Source of the DNA: Sphingomonadaceae bacterium
GTDB lineage: Bacteria; Pseudomonadota; Alphaproteobacteria; Sphingomonadales; Sphingomonadaceae
Reading direction: 5' to 3'
DNA length: 64,000 nt
Assembly (NCBI GenBank): GCA_036384795.1
Contig: DASVLP010000033.1
Span: 1,375 to 65,374, forward strand
Under the pieces are notes generated by a model. That model worked only from the letters and a program-made list of their open reading frames with translations. It had not been told where the DNA came from and searched no databases. Below, piece by piece: positions 52,176 through 64,000 of this stretch. A program made the translations under genes and the position numbers. The stretch's first letter is position 1. Each line of letters begins with the position of its first letter.

Positions 52176-52340
52176 AACTGACTCCTGTTGTTGGCGGCCG
52201 CGTTTGCGGTCCGCATTCTGGCTGCCCTGTCCATTCCCGAGTTTCTTGAATCGGACATGACAACCGGTTCGAGGTGCCGAGAATGTGTCAATTTCGCAGC
52301 CGCCGCAATGAATTTTTGTGCAACTGCGAACTGGAGCAGC

Positions 52341-53723
52341 TCAGCCTTCGCCCTGACGCTCGCCCATCCCGAGCAGCTTCAGCTTGCGGTGGAGCGCCGA
52401 GCGTTCCATCCCGATGAAGCCCGCAGTCTTCGAAATGTTCCCCGAAAAGCGGCGGATCTGGATCCGCAGATATTCGCGCTCGAAGTTCTCGCGCGCTTCG
52501 CGCAGCGGCACACCCATCAGCGAGGGCATGCCCGCGCCGCCTTCGCTCTGGCCGCCGGAAATCTCCGCCGGAAGCATGTCCGGCTCGATCCGGGCGAGCT
52601 TGTCGCGCGGGGTCAGGATCACCGTGCGCTCGATCACGTTGCGCAATTGGCGGACGTTGCCCGGCCAGTCGTAGGCCTGGAGCGCCGCCATCGCCTCGGC
52701 GGTGACCGCCGGCGGCTTGATCCCCTGCTCGGCCGCGTAGCGGGTGAAGAAATGCTCGGCTAGCGCCGGAATATCCTCCCGCCGCTCGGCAAGCGAAGGG
52801 ATCGCCACCGGCACCACGTTGAGCCGGTAGAACAAGTCCTCGCGGAAGCGTTTCTCGGCGATTTCCTTGACCAGATCGCGCGAACTGGAAGAGACCACCC
52901 GCACGTCGACCCCGATCTGGCGGGTCCCGCCGACGCGGACGAAACTCTGCTCGGTCAGCACCCGCAGGATCCGCGCCTGGGTGCTTTCCGGCATGTCGCC
53001 GACTTCGTCGAGGTAGAGGGTGCCACCGTCGGCGAGCTCGAGCAGCCCGGCGCGCACCAGCCTGCCGTCCGCTTCCTCGCCGAACAGCTCCTGCTCGAAG
53101 CGCTCGGCGGTGATGCGTGCCGAATTGACCGTGACGAAGCCCTTGTCGGCGCGCGGGCTCCACGAATGGAGCAGCCGCGCGGCGACTTCCTTGCCCGCGC
53201 CCGCAGGGCCGCTGATCAGCACCCGGCTGCCGGTATTGGCCACCCGTTTCAACGTCGCGCGCACCAGGTTGATCGCGCTCGAATGGCCGGTGAATTCATC
53301 GCCGGGCGCATGCCCTTCGCGCAACCGGGCGTTCTCGCGTCGCAAGCGTTCTGTCTCGGTGGCGCGGCTCACCAGGTGCAGCAGCCGTTCGGCCTCGAAC
53401 GGTTTCTCGATGAAGTCGATCGCGCCGCGGCCGACCGCTGAGACCGCCGTGTCGATGTTGCCGTGGCCCGAGAAGATGATCACCGGAAGCTGCGGCTCGC
53501 GCGCCTTGATCGCATCGAGCGTTTCAAGCCCGTCCATCGGGCTTCCGTGCAGCCAGACGTCGAGCAGCACCAGGCTCGGGCGCCGTTCGTCGATCGCGGA
53601 CAGCGCCGAGGTGCTGTCCGCGGCGGTGCGGCAATCGTAGCCTTCGTCGCTGAGCACACCCGCGACGAGCTCGCGAATGTCCCGCTCGTCGTCCACGACG
53701 AGGATCTCCAGCGCCATCAGCAA
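52341..53723 (-). CDS. ntrX: Response regulator NtrX (receiver plus AAA+ plus HTH)
   Basis: ILVVDDERDIRELV, GPAGAGKEV and the position downstream of ntrY. The start could be 53717. Confidence 0.9.
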   Translation of the reverse strand: MLMALEILVVDDERDIRELVAGVLSDEGYDCRTAADSTSALSAIDERRPSLVLLDVWLHGSPMDGLETLDAIKAREPQLPVIIFSGHGNIDTAVSAVGRGAIDFIEKPFEAERLLHLVSRATETERLRRENARLREGHAPGDEFTGHSSAINLVRATLKRVANTGSRVLISGPAGAGKEVAARLLHSWSPRADKGFVTVNSARITAERFEQELFGEEADGRLVRAGLLELADGGTLYLDEVGDMPESTQARILRVLTEQSFVRVGGTRQIGVDVRVVSSSSRDLVKEIAEKRFREDLFYRLNVVPVAIPSLAERREDIPALAEHFFTRYAAEQGIKPPAVTAEAMAALQAYDWPGNVRQLRNVIERTVILTPRDKLARIEPDMLPAEISGGQSEGGAGMPSLMGVPLREARENFEREYLRIQIRRFSGNISKTAGFIGMERSALHRKLKLLGMGERQGEG

Positions 53724-53745
53724 TTCTCCGTGTGTTCAGGATATG

Positions 53746-55962
53746 TCATTCGGCCGCCTCGCTGCCGGCGCCGGCCGCCAGGGGATCGCGCGCGAACCGC
53801 AAGCTGACCCGGGTTCCCCCTTCCTGGGCGGGCTCGAAGGTCATCTCCCCGCCATGCTCCTCGACGATCTTGTTGACGATCGCGAGCCCCAGGCCGGTGC
53901 CTTTCTCGCGCGTGGTGACGTACGGCTCGACGATCCGTTCGCGATCCTTGGGCAGGCCGATGCCGTTGTCCTGGACGACGACGGCCAACGCCTCGTCGTC
54001 GGCGGTGACGGTGACGGCAATCCGGCCGCGATAATCCGGCTCGGCGTCTTTCGCTTTCGCATCGATGGCCTCGGCGGCGTTCTTCAGCACGTTGGTCATC
54101 GCCTGGCCGAACTGATGGCGATCGCAGGCGATCGGCGGAACCGCGTCCTGCGCGTCGAAGCGGTAGTCTATCTCCGGGTGCGCCACTTCCTGGAGGAACA
54201 GTGCCTGGCGAACGAGGTCGATCGGGTCCTCCTTGCGGAACACCGGCTTGGGCAGCCGCGCGAACGAGGAGAACTCGTCGACCATTTTCCTGAGGTCGCC
54301 GACCTGGCGGATGATCGTGCTGGTAAGCTCCTCGAACAGCTCCTGATCGGTGGTGATGAGCTTGCGATAGCGCCGGCTGAGACGCTCGGTCGCAAGCTGG
54401 ATCGGGGTCAGCGGGTTCTTGATCTCGTGCGCGATCCGTCGCGCGACGTCGGACCATGCAGCCTGGCGCTGGTCGAGCAACTGGCGGGTGATGTCCTCGA
54501 ACGTGATCACGTACCCGCCCGCCGCGGGCGAGAGCTTGACCGCCAGCGTCAGCAGCTCGCCGTGCTTGTTGTACTGCGCAAGGCCGCTTGAAAGGCGGGC
54601 GTCCATCATCGCGGCGATGTCCGGAGCGATCTCGCCGAGGCTCAAGCCGAGCGGCGCCGGCCCCACCCGGTCGAGCAGCAGCTCCTGCGCCGAGGAGTTC
54701 ATCAGCGCGACCTGCCCTGCTTCGTCCACCGAGATGATCCCGGCGGTGATCGATTCGAGCACCGCCTCGATGAATGCGCGCCGTTCGTTGAGCTGCTCGT
54801 TCGCGCCGACCAGTTCCTTGGTCTGCTGCTCGATCCGGGCGGTCATCCGGTTGAAGGCGCGATTGAGCAGCCCGATCTCGTCGGGGCCGGTGCGCCCTTC
54901 CACCCGCAGCGCATAGTTGCCCTGCCCGACCTCGCGCGCGGCGCCGACGAGCTCGGTCAGTGGACGCACCTGGCGGTCGGCGAAGCGCAGCGCGAACCAG
55001 ATCGCGAGACCGACCAGCGCGAGCGAGACGAAGAACAACGCAAAGTTGAACTGCAGCTGCAGCAGGCGCGACCTGCTCGAAAGCACGTCGTAAGCCGTCA
55101 GGACGCTTTGCGCGCGCTTCCATTGGGTCAGCGCGAGCGCGTCGGAATTCCGCGCGTTGTAGAGGTAGATCTTCGCGTTGCGGTCAATCGGCGCGACAGC
55201 GTCGATGCGGTCGCGGCTGGCGGTGACGGAATATTGCGCGCCCGCCTTGAGCTTGGGCAGCGCCTTGGCGACGACCTGCTTGGCGAAATCCGCGTCGTTC
55301 GGATTGACGATCGCCGGCGCGCGCAGGACTCCGTCGGGCCCGACCTGGATGATCGCGCTGCTGTTGATCTCGCGCTGGTAAGCCTGGAGGTAGTATTGTG
55401 ATGGGAAGTCGGGGCTGGTGAGCGAATTCCGCTCGAGATAATAGCGCAGGTCTCCCGCCATCGCGATCGTGTTGTTGACCAGGGTCCGCTGGTTCTGATC
55501 GTAATAGCCGCGCGCGAGTTCGTTGGCGTTGGTGAGGATCCCGCGGTTGGTGTCCGAAAACCAGAACTCTGCGCCGGTCTGGAACAGGAACGAGGCGAAG
55601 ATCGCCACCAGCAGTGTCGGGATCGCGGCAACCAGCGAGAAGAAGAACACCAGCCGGACGTGCAGCCGCGCGGTGTTGCCGCCAGCCCGTTTCAGGGCGA
55701 GCCTTCGGCCGAACAACACCAGCGAGGCCATTGCCGGTATCAGTGTGCCAATCAGCAGCACCGCCGCCTGACGCGAGGGGATGAGCTCGCCCTCCGGCGA
55801 CGGCCTGCCGAGCGCGAGCCAGCTCACCACCGCCATCGTCAGCAGCACGACCAGCGAAACGATCTCGAGCAGCCCGAAGATGTTCGCCCGCCGCGCGCTC
55901 ACCAGCGCGCGGCGCCACCACCGCGGCCACCGGTGCCCGGACGGATGGGAAGTACTCGGCAT
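53746..55962 (-). CDS. ntrY: Sensor histidine kinase NtrY
   Basis: 738 aa with N-terminal TM segments, HAMP and PAS regions, H-box [14 protein letters not shown], and HATPase DNGIGLP...GTGLGLAIV. Confidence 0.9.
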   Translation of the reverse strand: MPSTSHPSGHRWPRWWRRALVSARRANIFGLLEIVSLVVLLTMAVVSWLALGRPSPEGELIPSRQAAVLLIGTLIPAMASLVLFGRRLALKRAGGNTARLHVRLVFFFSLVAAIPTLLVAIFASFLFQTGAEFWFSDTNRGILTNANELARGYYDQNQRTLVNNTIAMAGDLRYYLERNSLTSPDFPSQYYLQAYQREINSSAIIQVGPDGVLRAPAIVNPNDADFAKQVVAKALPKLKAGAQYSVTASRDRIDAVAPIDRNAKIYLYNARNSDALALTQWKRAQSVLTAYDVLSSRSRLLQLQFNFALFFVSLALVGLAIWFALRFADRQVRPLTELVGAAREVGQGNYALRVEGRTGPDEIGLLNRAFNRMTARIEQQTKELVGANEQLNERRAFIEAVLESITAGIISVDEAGQVALMNSSAQELLLDRVGPAPLGLSLGEIAPDIAAMMDARLSSGLAQYNKHGELLTLAVKLSPAAGGYVITFEDITRQLLDQRQAAWSDVARRIAHEIKNPLTPIQLATERLSRRYRKLITTDQELFEELTSTIIRQVGDLRKMVDEFSSFARLPKPVFRKEDPIDLVRQALFLQEVAHPEIDYRFDAQDAVPPIACDRHQFGQAMTNVLKNAAEAIDAKAKDAEPDYRGRIAVTVTADDEALAVVVQDNGIGLPKDRERIVEPYVTTREKGTGLGLAIVNKIVEEHGGEMTFEPAQEGGTRVSLRFARDPLAAGAGSEAAE

Positions 55963-56034
55963 CGTTGCACGGTTACAACGGCCCTGTTGCAGATTTGCAA
56001 GTAAGAAAATTGGTAAATCGAGAATTCGCCACGC

Positions 56035-57453
<1,419 letters not shown>

Positions 57454-57472
57454 GTCCTTCCCTTCCCGCCGC

Positions 57473-58519
57473 TCATTTCGCCACCGCCAGGTGAACCTTG
57501 AAATGGGTCCAGCCGTCGTCGCGCTCGTGGCCGATGCGTCCGTTCATGTCGCGGACCAGCTTGTTGACCAGCGCGAGCCCGAGACCCTGGCCGTTCTTCT
57601 TGCTGGTCACGAACGGCTCGAAGATGTGCTCGCGCAGAGTCGGATCGACGCCCGGGCCGTTGTCGCTCACGCGCAGCTCGATCGGCAGGCGGATCGACCT
57701 GCCGAAGCGGATCGCGCTGAACACCAGCCCGGAAACGAACCGCGTGCGCAGCACGATCTGCGGCTCGGCGACGCCGCGGCAGGCGTCACGGGCATTGGCG
57801 ATGAGGTTGATCAGCACCTGCACCAGACTGTCCTCGTTGCCGAGCACCAGCGGCAGCGAAGGATCGAATTCCTCGACCAGCTTGACCTCGTCCCGGCCGC
57901 CGGCCTCGATCACCCCGATCGCGCGCCGGATCACCTCGTGCAGGTTGATCGGTGCGACCGGCTCCGGCTGCTCGCGGCCCAGATCCTGCATCCGGTCGAC
58001 CAGCTTGGCGATGCGGTCGACTTCGTCGGCGATCAGCGTGGTGAGCGCGCTGTCCTTGTCCTCGACCTTGCGTGCCAGCAGTTGGGCTGCGCCGCGGATC
58101 GCCGAGAGCGGGTTCTTGATCTCGTGCGCGAGGATCGCGGGCGCGCGCAGCGCGGGCTCGTCGCCCTCGCGCATCGTTTCCGCGCTGCCGGTGTCGTGCA
58201 TCGTCAGCATCTGCCAGCCCGGCTGGCCCGCGACCGGCGAGAGGATCAGATCGAGGCGCCGTTCGGGCCCGCCGGAAAAGCGGACGGTAACCCCATGGGC
58301 CGAGAGCTGCGCGTCGCCGCGCGCGAGCCATTCCCCGACCCGCTCGGTGCCGAACTCGGCGATCTCGTGCAGCCGCTTGCCGACCAAGCGCCGCGCGCCG
58401 ATCCCGACGAGCTGCTCGGCCGCCGGGTTGGCGGCGCGGATCGTCAGGTCCGGCTCGAGCAGCAGCACGGCGACCGCCAGGCTCGCCAACTGCTGCGCCG
58501 GATCGGGCACTTCGTTCAC
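57473..58519 (-). CDS. ntrB: Nitrogen regulation sensor kinase NtrB
   Basis: PAS N-terminus, H-box [19 protein letters not shown], and HATPase DNGPGV...GQGLGLALV. Confidence 0.9.
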   Translation of the reverse strand: MNEVPDPAQQLASLAVAVLLLEPDLTIRAANPAAEQLVGIGARRLVGKRLHEIAEFGTERVGEWLARGDAQLSAHGVTVRFSGGPERRLDLILSPVAGQPGWQMLTMHDTGSAETMREGDEPALRAPAILAHEIKNPLSAIRGAAQLLARKVEDKDSALTTLIADEVDRIAKLVDRMQDLGREQPEPVAPINLHEVIRRAIGVIEAGGRDEVKLVEEFDPSLPLVLGNEDSLVQVLINLIANARDACRGVAEPQIVLRTRFVSGLVFSAIRFGRSIRLPIELRVSDNGPGVDPTLREHIFEPFVTSKKNGQGLGLALVNKLVRDMNGRIGHERDDGWTHFKVHLAVAK

Positions 58520-59544
58520 GCGGCGCGGCGCCCCGACGGCTGCTCGAGATACGGTGCGTAGAACCGCTCCAGCTCGCCAAGCACTTGCTGCGGGTCAGCG
58601 ATGAAGTTCACCCGATTGCGGAACTCGGCGGCGCCGGGAACCCCCTTCACGTACCAGCCGAGGTGCTTGCGCGCGACCCGGGCGCCGACTTCGGGGCCGT
58701 AAAGCTCCAGCATGCCGCGGTAATGCTCGACCAGCACGTCGTACTGTTCGTCGAGCTCCGGCGACGGCAGCTTCGCGCCGGTCTGCAGCCAGTGCATCAC
58801 CTGGGCGAGCAGCCACGGCTTGCCATAGGCGCCGCGCCCGATCATCACCCCGTCGGCGCCGCTCTGTTCGAGCGCCTTCACCGCATCTTCCTCGCTGCAG
58901 ATGTCGCCGTTGGCGATCACCGGGATCGAAACTGCGTCCTTCACCTTGCGGATGAACGCCCAGTCGGCCTCGTCCTTGTACATCTGGTTGCGGGTGCGGC
59001 CGTGGACGGTGACCATCTTCGCGCCGAGATCCTCGGCGATGTGCGCAAGCTCGGGGGCGTTGAGGCTCGCGTGGTCCCAGCCCATCCGCATCTTGACCGT
59101 CACCGGCACCGACACGGCTTTGACCGTCGCCTTGATCAGGCTCGCGGCGAGCGGCACGTCGCGCATCAAAGCGCTGCCGGCGTCGCCGCTGGTCACCTTG
59201 CGCACCGGGCAGCCCATGTTGATGTCGATGATCGCGGCGCCGCGCTGCTCGCTGAGCTTGGCCGCCTCGGCCATCTCGTGCGGGGTGCAGCCGACGAGCT
59301 GCATCGAGACCGGCTCTTCGCTCAGGTCCCACGCCGCCTTCTGCAGCGACTGGCGCGTCTCGCGGATTGCGGCGGGGCTGGCGATCATCTCGGTGACGTT
59401 GAGGCCCGATCCGAACCGGCGCACGAGCTTGCGGAACGGCAGGTCGGTCACGCCGGTCATCGGCGCGAGGATCACCGGGCAGGCGATCGTGACCGGGCCG
59501 ACCGCGATCGGCTCGAGCGCCGGAGGGAAGAGAGATTCATCCAT
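58516..59544 (-). CDS. dusB: tRNA-dihydrouridine synthase DusB
   Basis: The Met at codon 18 of ORF 58516..59595 gives [34 protein letters not shown]. The sequence also shows IDINMGCP. Confidence 0.9.
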   Translation of the reverse strand: MDESLFPPALEPIAVGPVTIACPVILAPMTGVTDLPFRKLVRRFGSGLNVTEMIASPAAIRETRQSLQKAAWDLSEEPVSMQLVGCTPHEMAEAAKLSEQRGAAIIDINMGCPVRKVTSGDAGSALMRDVPLAASLIKATVKAVSVPVTVKMRMGWDHASLNAPELAHIAEDLGAKMVTVHGRTRNQMYKDEADWAFIRKVKDAVSIPVIANGDICSEEDAVKALEQSGADGVMIGRGAYGKPWLLAQVMHWLQTGAKLPSPELDEQYDVLVEHYRGMLELYGPEVGARVARKHLGWYVKGVPGAAEFRNRVNFIADPQQVLGELERFYAPYLEQPSGRRAA

Positions 59545-59623
59545 TTGCGAGATTGTGCCTAAAATTTGTGCAGCCACATAGTCCGTTGCAGCCACGCGCG
59601 CAAGCGAGTAGCGGGCCGACCCG

Positions 59624-60775
59624 ATGAGCGCACCCTCCCCCGCCCCTCGCTTCGCCGCGGTGATCGTCGCCGCCGGGAAGGGCCTCCGCGCGGGTCAGGC
59701 GATTCCCAAGCAATTCGCGTCCTGGCGGGGCAAGCCGCTGCTGCGGCACTCGGTAGAGGCCCTGGCCGCGGCCGGGGCGGCGCCGATCATCGTGGCGATT
59801 CCCCAAGGCGGCCAAGCGGCGGCGCGAGCGGCGTTGGCCGGGATCGACCGAGTCATGTTGGTGACCGGCGGCGCGACCCGCCAGCAGTCGGTCCACACGG
59901 CGCTCGAGGCGCTGGAGCCGTATGGGCCGTCGGTGGTTCTGATCCACGACGCGGCGCGACCGGGCGTACCGCCTGCGGTGGTCGAACGGCTATTGCAAGC
60001 GCTCGACAGCCACACCGCGGCTATTCCGGTGCTGCCGGTGGTCGACAGCCTTGCCCGCGCCGACGGCGAACAAATGGCCGGCAGCGCACCGCGCGAGGCG
60101 CTTCGGCGGGTACAGACCCCCCAGGCCTTCCGCTTCGCTGCGATCGTTGCGGCCCATCGCGCCTGGCAAGGCGAAATGTCCGCCGGAGACGATGCTCAGG
60201 TCGCCCATGCTGCCGGGCTGGACGTCGCGTTCGTCGAGGGCGACGAAGCCTTGCGCAAGCTGACGTTCGCGGCCGATTTCGCGGACGAACGCCCCGCCCT
60301 ACGGGTCGGCACCGGATACGATGTCCATCGTTTAGCCGAAGGCGAGGAGCTGTGGCTCGGCGGCGTGCGCATCGAGCACGACAAGGGCTTGTCCGGCCAC
60401 AGCGATGCGGATGTCGCGATCCACGCGCTGGTCGACGCGCTGCTCGGCGCGGTGGGCGCCGGCGACATCGGCCTGCATTTTCCGCCGAGCGACCCCCGAT
60501 GGGCGGGTGCGCCGTCTGCGCGTTTCCTCGCCCATGCCGTGGCATTGGTGGGCGAGGCAGGCTACCGGATCGGCAACGCTGACGTGACGATCGTCTGCGA
60601 AGCTCCGAAAATCGGCCCGTATCGCGACGACATGCGCCGGAAACTTGCCGAGTTGATGGGCGTTGATATCGGTTGCGTGAACGTGAAGGCCACCACCACC
60701 GAACGGCTCGGCTTTGCCGGACGGGGTGAGGGAATCGCCGCCCAGGCCGTTGCCACCGTGATCCGCCAGGACTGA
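59624..60775 (+). CDS. ispDF: Bifunctional IspD/IspF (MEP cytidylyltransferase / MEcPP synthase)
   Basis: IspD N-terminus [13 protein letters not shown] and IspF C-terminus GTGYDVHRL...[12 protein letters not shown]. Confidence 0.93.
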   Translation: MSAPSPAPRFAAVIVAAGKGLRAGQAIPKQFASWRGKPLLRHSVEALAAAGAAPIIVAIPQGGQAAARAALAGIDRVMLVTGGATRQQSVHTALEALEPYGPSVVLIHDAARPGVPPAVVERLLQALDSHTAAIPVLPVVDSLARADGEQMAGSAPREALRRVQTPQAFRFAAIVAAHRAWQGEMSAGDDAQVAHAAGLDVAFVEGDEALRKLTFAADFADERPALRVGTGYDVHRLAEGEELWLGGVRIEHDKGLSGHSDADVAIHALVDALLGAVGAGDIGLHFPPSDPRWAGAPSARFLAHAVALVGEAGYRIGNADVTIVCEAPKIGPYRDDMRRKLAELMGVDIGCVNVKATTTERLGFAGRGEGIAAQAVATVIRQD

Positions 60776-60776
60776 C

Positions 60777-61310
60777 ATGAACCCAATGAACATCCGCTCG
60801 CAGCTTTCCGGTGCCGACGCCAATCTGCTGCCGAAAGACATCGTCGAAGCCGCCCGGCGGTGCGTCGAGCAGAACATCGTCGCGGGCCGCAAGGTCGCCG
60901 TGGCCGAAAGCTGCACCGGCGGGCTGGTCGCGGCGGCGCTGACCGAGATTGCGGGTTCCTCCGCCGTGCTCGACCGCAGCTTCGTCACATACTCGAACGA
61001 GGCCAAGCAGGAACTGCTCGGCGTGCCGGTCGACATCATCGATGCCTTCGGCGCGGTTTCGATCGCGTGCGTCTACGCGATGGTCCAGGGCGCGCTCGAA
61101 CGCAGCGACGCCCATGTCGCGGTCGCGATCAGCGGAATCGCGGGGCCTGAAGGAGGCAGCGAGTTCAAGCCGGTCGGCACCGTGGTGTTCGCCAAGGGCG
61201 TGCGCGGGATGGGCGATCCGGTGGCGGAGGAGAAATTTTTCGGCGATCTCGACCGCGCCGGGGTGCGCCGTCAGGCGACGCTTTGCGCGCTCGAGCTGCT
61301 GCTGCCGTAG
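60777..61310 (+). CDS. CinA C-terminal-domain family protein (PncC-like NMN amidohydrolase)
   Basis: VAVAESCTGGLVAAALTEIAGSS and ISGIAGPEGGS. Confidence 0.8.
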   Translation: MNPMNIRSQLSGADANLLPKDIVEAARRCVEQNIVAGRKVAVAESCTGGLVAAALTEIAGSSAVLDRSFVTYSNEAKQELLGVPVDIIDAFGAVSIACVYAMVQGALERSDAHVAVAISGIAGPEGGSEFKPVGTVVFAKGVRGMGDPVAEEKFFGDLDRAGVRRQATLCALELLLP

Positions 61311-61732
61311 AGTTCGGCCGCGCGTTCCTCGAACGCCGACACCATCTTGCGGAACGCGCGGTCGAAATACTGGCCCGCCAGCGCCTCGAACAGGCGGTTG
61401 CGGAAGGTGAACTCCACCCGGAACTCGACCTCGCAGCCGCCGTCTTCAGCGGGGTGAAACCGCCATTCGTTATCCAGGTCTTTCATCGGCCCGTCGATGT
61501 AGTGCACCTTGAGCTCGCTCGGGCGATGCTTCTCGACCCGCGAGGTGAACTTCTCGCGCAGCGCCTTGAAACCGACCAGCATCTCCGCGACCATCTCGGT
61601 CTCGCTGTCCGAGCGGATGCGGGTGCCGACCACCCAGGGAAGGAATTCGGGATATCGCGCGACGTCGGCGACGAGGTCGAACATCTGCTCGGCCGTATAG
61701 GGCAAGTGCCGGGTTTCTCGGATGCCGGGCAT
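61271..61732 (-). CDS. ratA: SRPBCC/START-fold protein, RatA/COQ10 family
   Basis: YTAEQMFDLVADVARYPEFLPW. It is immediately downstream of lipA, as is usual in alphaproteobacteria. Its tail overlaps the cinA tail convergently by 40 nt. Confidence 0.8.
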   Translation of the reverse strand: MPGIRETRHLPYTAEQMFDLVADVARYPEFLPWVVGTRIRSDSETEMVAEMLVGFKALREKFTSRVEKHRPSELKVHYIDGPMKDLDNEWRFHPAEDGGCEVEFRVEFTFRNRLFEALAGQYFDRAFRKMVSAFEERAAELYGSSSSSAQSVA

Positions 61733-62676
61733 CAGCTTTGCTTGGAGAGCCGGGCCTGCCGCGCCGCGCGCATCGCCGCGAAATCGTCACCCGCGTGATA
61801 GCTCGATCGGGTCAGCGGGCTCGCCGCGACCTGGAGGAAGCCCTTCGCCCGCGCGATCGCGCCATACGCCGAAAAAGCCTGCGGAGTGACGAATTCCTCG
61901 ACTTTCGCATGCTTCGGCGTCGGTTGGAGATATTGGCCCATGGTGATGAAATCGACCTCGGCGCTGCGCATGTCGTCCATCACCTGATGCACCTCGAGCC
62001 GCTGCTCGCCCAGGCCAAGCATGATCCCGCTCTTGGTGAAAATCAGCGGATCGTGCCCCTTCACTTCCTCCAGCAGCCGCAGCGATGCGTAGTAGCGCGC
62101 GCCGGGGCGGATCGTCGGATACAGCCGCGGCACGGTTTCGAGGTTGTGATTGTAGACGTCCGGCCCCGCGGTGACGATCGCCTCGACCGCGGGCCGCATA
62201 CGCCCGCGGAAGTCGGGGGTAAGGATTTCGATCGTGGTGGCCGGCGTCGTGCGCCGCAACGCCTCGATCACCTTGACGAATTGCCCTGCCCCGCCGTCGG
62301 GCAGGTCATCGCGGTCGACCGAGGTGACGACGATATGCTCCAGCCCCAGCTTCGCGGCGGCGATCGCGACGTGCTCGGGCTCCAGCGGATCGACTTTGCC
62401 CGGCATCCCGGTCTTCACGTTGCAGAACGCGCAGGCGCGGGTGCAGGTGTCGCCAAGGATCATCACGGTCGCGTGCTTCTTGGTCCAGCACTCGCCGATG
62501 TTCGGGCAGGCCGCTTCCTCGCACACGGTGTGCAGATCGAGCTCGCGCATCAGCGCGCGGGTCTGCTGAAAACCGGTGCTGACCGGGGCCTTGACGCGGA
62601 TCCAGTCGGGCTTGCGCTGGCGCCGTGGTTCTTCAGCCGGCCGCGGAGCATTCGCGAGATCGTTCATGCGGCCCAC
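61732..62676 (-). CDS. lipA: Lipoyl synthase
   Basis: [12 protein letters not shown] and the radical SAM motif [13 protein letters not shown] start at 62676, or ATG at 62667. Confidence 0.95.
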   Translation of the reverse strand: MGRMNDLANAPRPAEEPRRQRKPDWIRVKAPVSTGFQQTRALMRELDLHTVCEEAACPNIGECWTKKHATVMILGDTCTRACAFCNVKTGMPGKVDPLEPEHVAIAAAKLGLEHIVVTSVDRDDLPDGGAGQFVKVIEALRRTTPATTIEILTPDFRGRMRPAVEAIVTAGPDVYNHNLETVPRLYPTIRPGARYYASLRLLEEVKGHDPLIFTKSGIMLGLGEQRLEVHQVMDDMRSAEVDFITMGQYLQPTPKHAKVEEFVTPQAFSAYGAIARAKGFLQVAASPLTRSSYHAGDDFAAMRAARQARLSKQS

Positions 62677-62724
62677 TTAGGCTTGGCCCTTGCCAGTGGC
62701 AATGCCGCGCGGCATGGGCTGCGC

Positions 62725-63378
62725 ATGAGCATCGAACCGAGCCTCGAGCTTGCCGGCCTGATCGAAGGATACCGGCGTTTTCGCGAAACCGGCTGGACCC
62801 CGCGGCGGGAGCGCTGGGCGGCGCTGCGCCAGGGGCAGGAGCCGCGGGTGATGGTGATCGCCTGCGCCGACAGCCGGACCGACCCGGCATTGGTGTTCGA
62901 CACCGATCCGGGCGAAATCTTCGTCGTCCGCAACATTGCGGCGATGGTGCCGCCGTTCGAGACGACGCCGGGCCTGCACGGCGTCTCCGCCGCGCTGGAA
63001 TTCGCCGTGCGGGTGCTCGAGGTCCGCGAAATCGTCGTGATGGGCCATGGCATGTGCGGCGGCTGCAAGGCAGCGCTCACGCAGGAGCTGCAGGACGCGA
63101 AACCCGGCGAAGGCGGCTTCATCGCGGACTGGATCTCGATGCTCGACGAAGCGCGCGGCCCGGTGGTGGAGAAGTTCGGCATCGAAGGCCGCGAGGCCGG
63201 CCGCGCGATGGAACAGGCGGCAGTGAAGGTCAGTCTCGCGAACCTGCGGACTTTTCCCTGCGTTCAGGAGCGGGAAGCGGCCGGCAAGCTGAGGCTGCGC
63301 GGCGCATTCTTCGCGATTTCGGACGGGGTGCTCTATTTCCTCGACGAGGAGACCGGCGAGTTCGAGGCCGCGGGCTAG
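62725..63378 (+). CDS. can: Beta-class carbonic anhydrase
   Basis: Internal Met of ORF 61738..63378 begins MSIEPSLELAGLIEGYRRF. The sequence also shows IACADSR and VMGHGMCGGC. Confidence 0.88.
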   Translation: MSIEPSLELAGLIEGYRRFRETGWTPRRERWAALRQGQEPRVMVIACADSRTDPALVFDTDPGEIFVVRNIAAMVPPFETTPGLHGVSAALEFAVRVLEVREIVVMGHGMCGGCKAALTQELQDAKPGEGGFIADWISMLDEARGPVVEKFGIEGREAGRAMEQAAVKVSLANLRTFPCVQEREAAGKLRLRGAFFAISDGVLYFLDEETGEFEAAG

Positions 63379-63382
63379 GCCA

Positions 63383-64000
<618 letters not shown>

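Noticed and set aside
52305-52323. Sigma-54-like sequence TTGCAC-N...-TTGC upstream of hfq (minus strand).
   Set aside because: It lacks the invariant GG of the -24 element, and the spacing to a GC -12 element does not fit TGGCAC-N5-TTGC.
61271-61310. 40-nt convergent overlap of the cinA-like and ratA 3' ends, considered as a possible mis-call or antisense regulation.
   Set aside because: Both overlapping tails are non-conserved C-terminal extensions (…CALELLLP and …SSSSSAQSVA). The simplest explanation is late stop codons in GC-rich DNA.

Overview
This is a high-GC alphaproteobacterial chromosome segment. Gene order and a tandem-domain Hfq suggest Sphingomonadales, but that lineage call is inference. 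I support about 65 protein genes and one tRNA-Ser(UGA). Nearly all are recognisable core genes in conserved blocks: rsmI-yraN-gshB; kup plus a KdpD-like kinase and KdpE; xerC-hemW-rdgB-rph divergent from hrcA-grpE; dnaK-dnaJ; radA-cvpA; alr; phaR; proS; rnr; pdhC-lpdA; mltB-rlpA-tmk-holB-metG-tatD; mazG; dusB-ntrBC-ntrYX-hfq-hflX; ispDF; lipA. I saw no rRNA, CRISPR array, transposase, phage genes or obvious multi-gene defence, secretion or biosynthetic cluster, and I do not find a convincing novel multi-gene system. The best leads are single genes or small insertions. They are an orphan SPASM/twitch-like radical SAM gene beside a tRNA-Ser with a duplicated 3' end, a DUF559 cassette inserted with 4-nt and 8-nt overlaps into the pdhC-lpdA operon, an N-terminally truncated KdpD/KdpE pair attached to kup, a covalently duplicated Hfq, a PCuAC-zincin gene pair, a vapBC islet with its operator, a LexA-like box between radA and a patatin gene, and four sequence-distinct nested-palindrome (REP/MITE-like) elements that fill intergenic spacers. 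The many long alternative-frame and antisense ORFs in the track are high-GC artefacts. Gene ends follow the ORF track, with starts adjusted by codon counting. Small motifs were located by eye and may be off by 1-2 nt. No database search or computation was possible.
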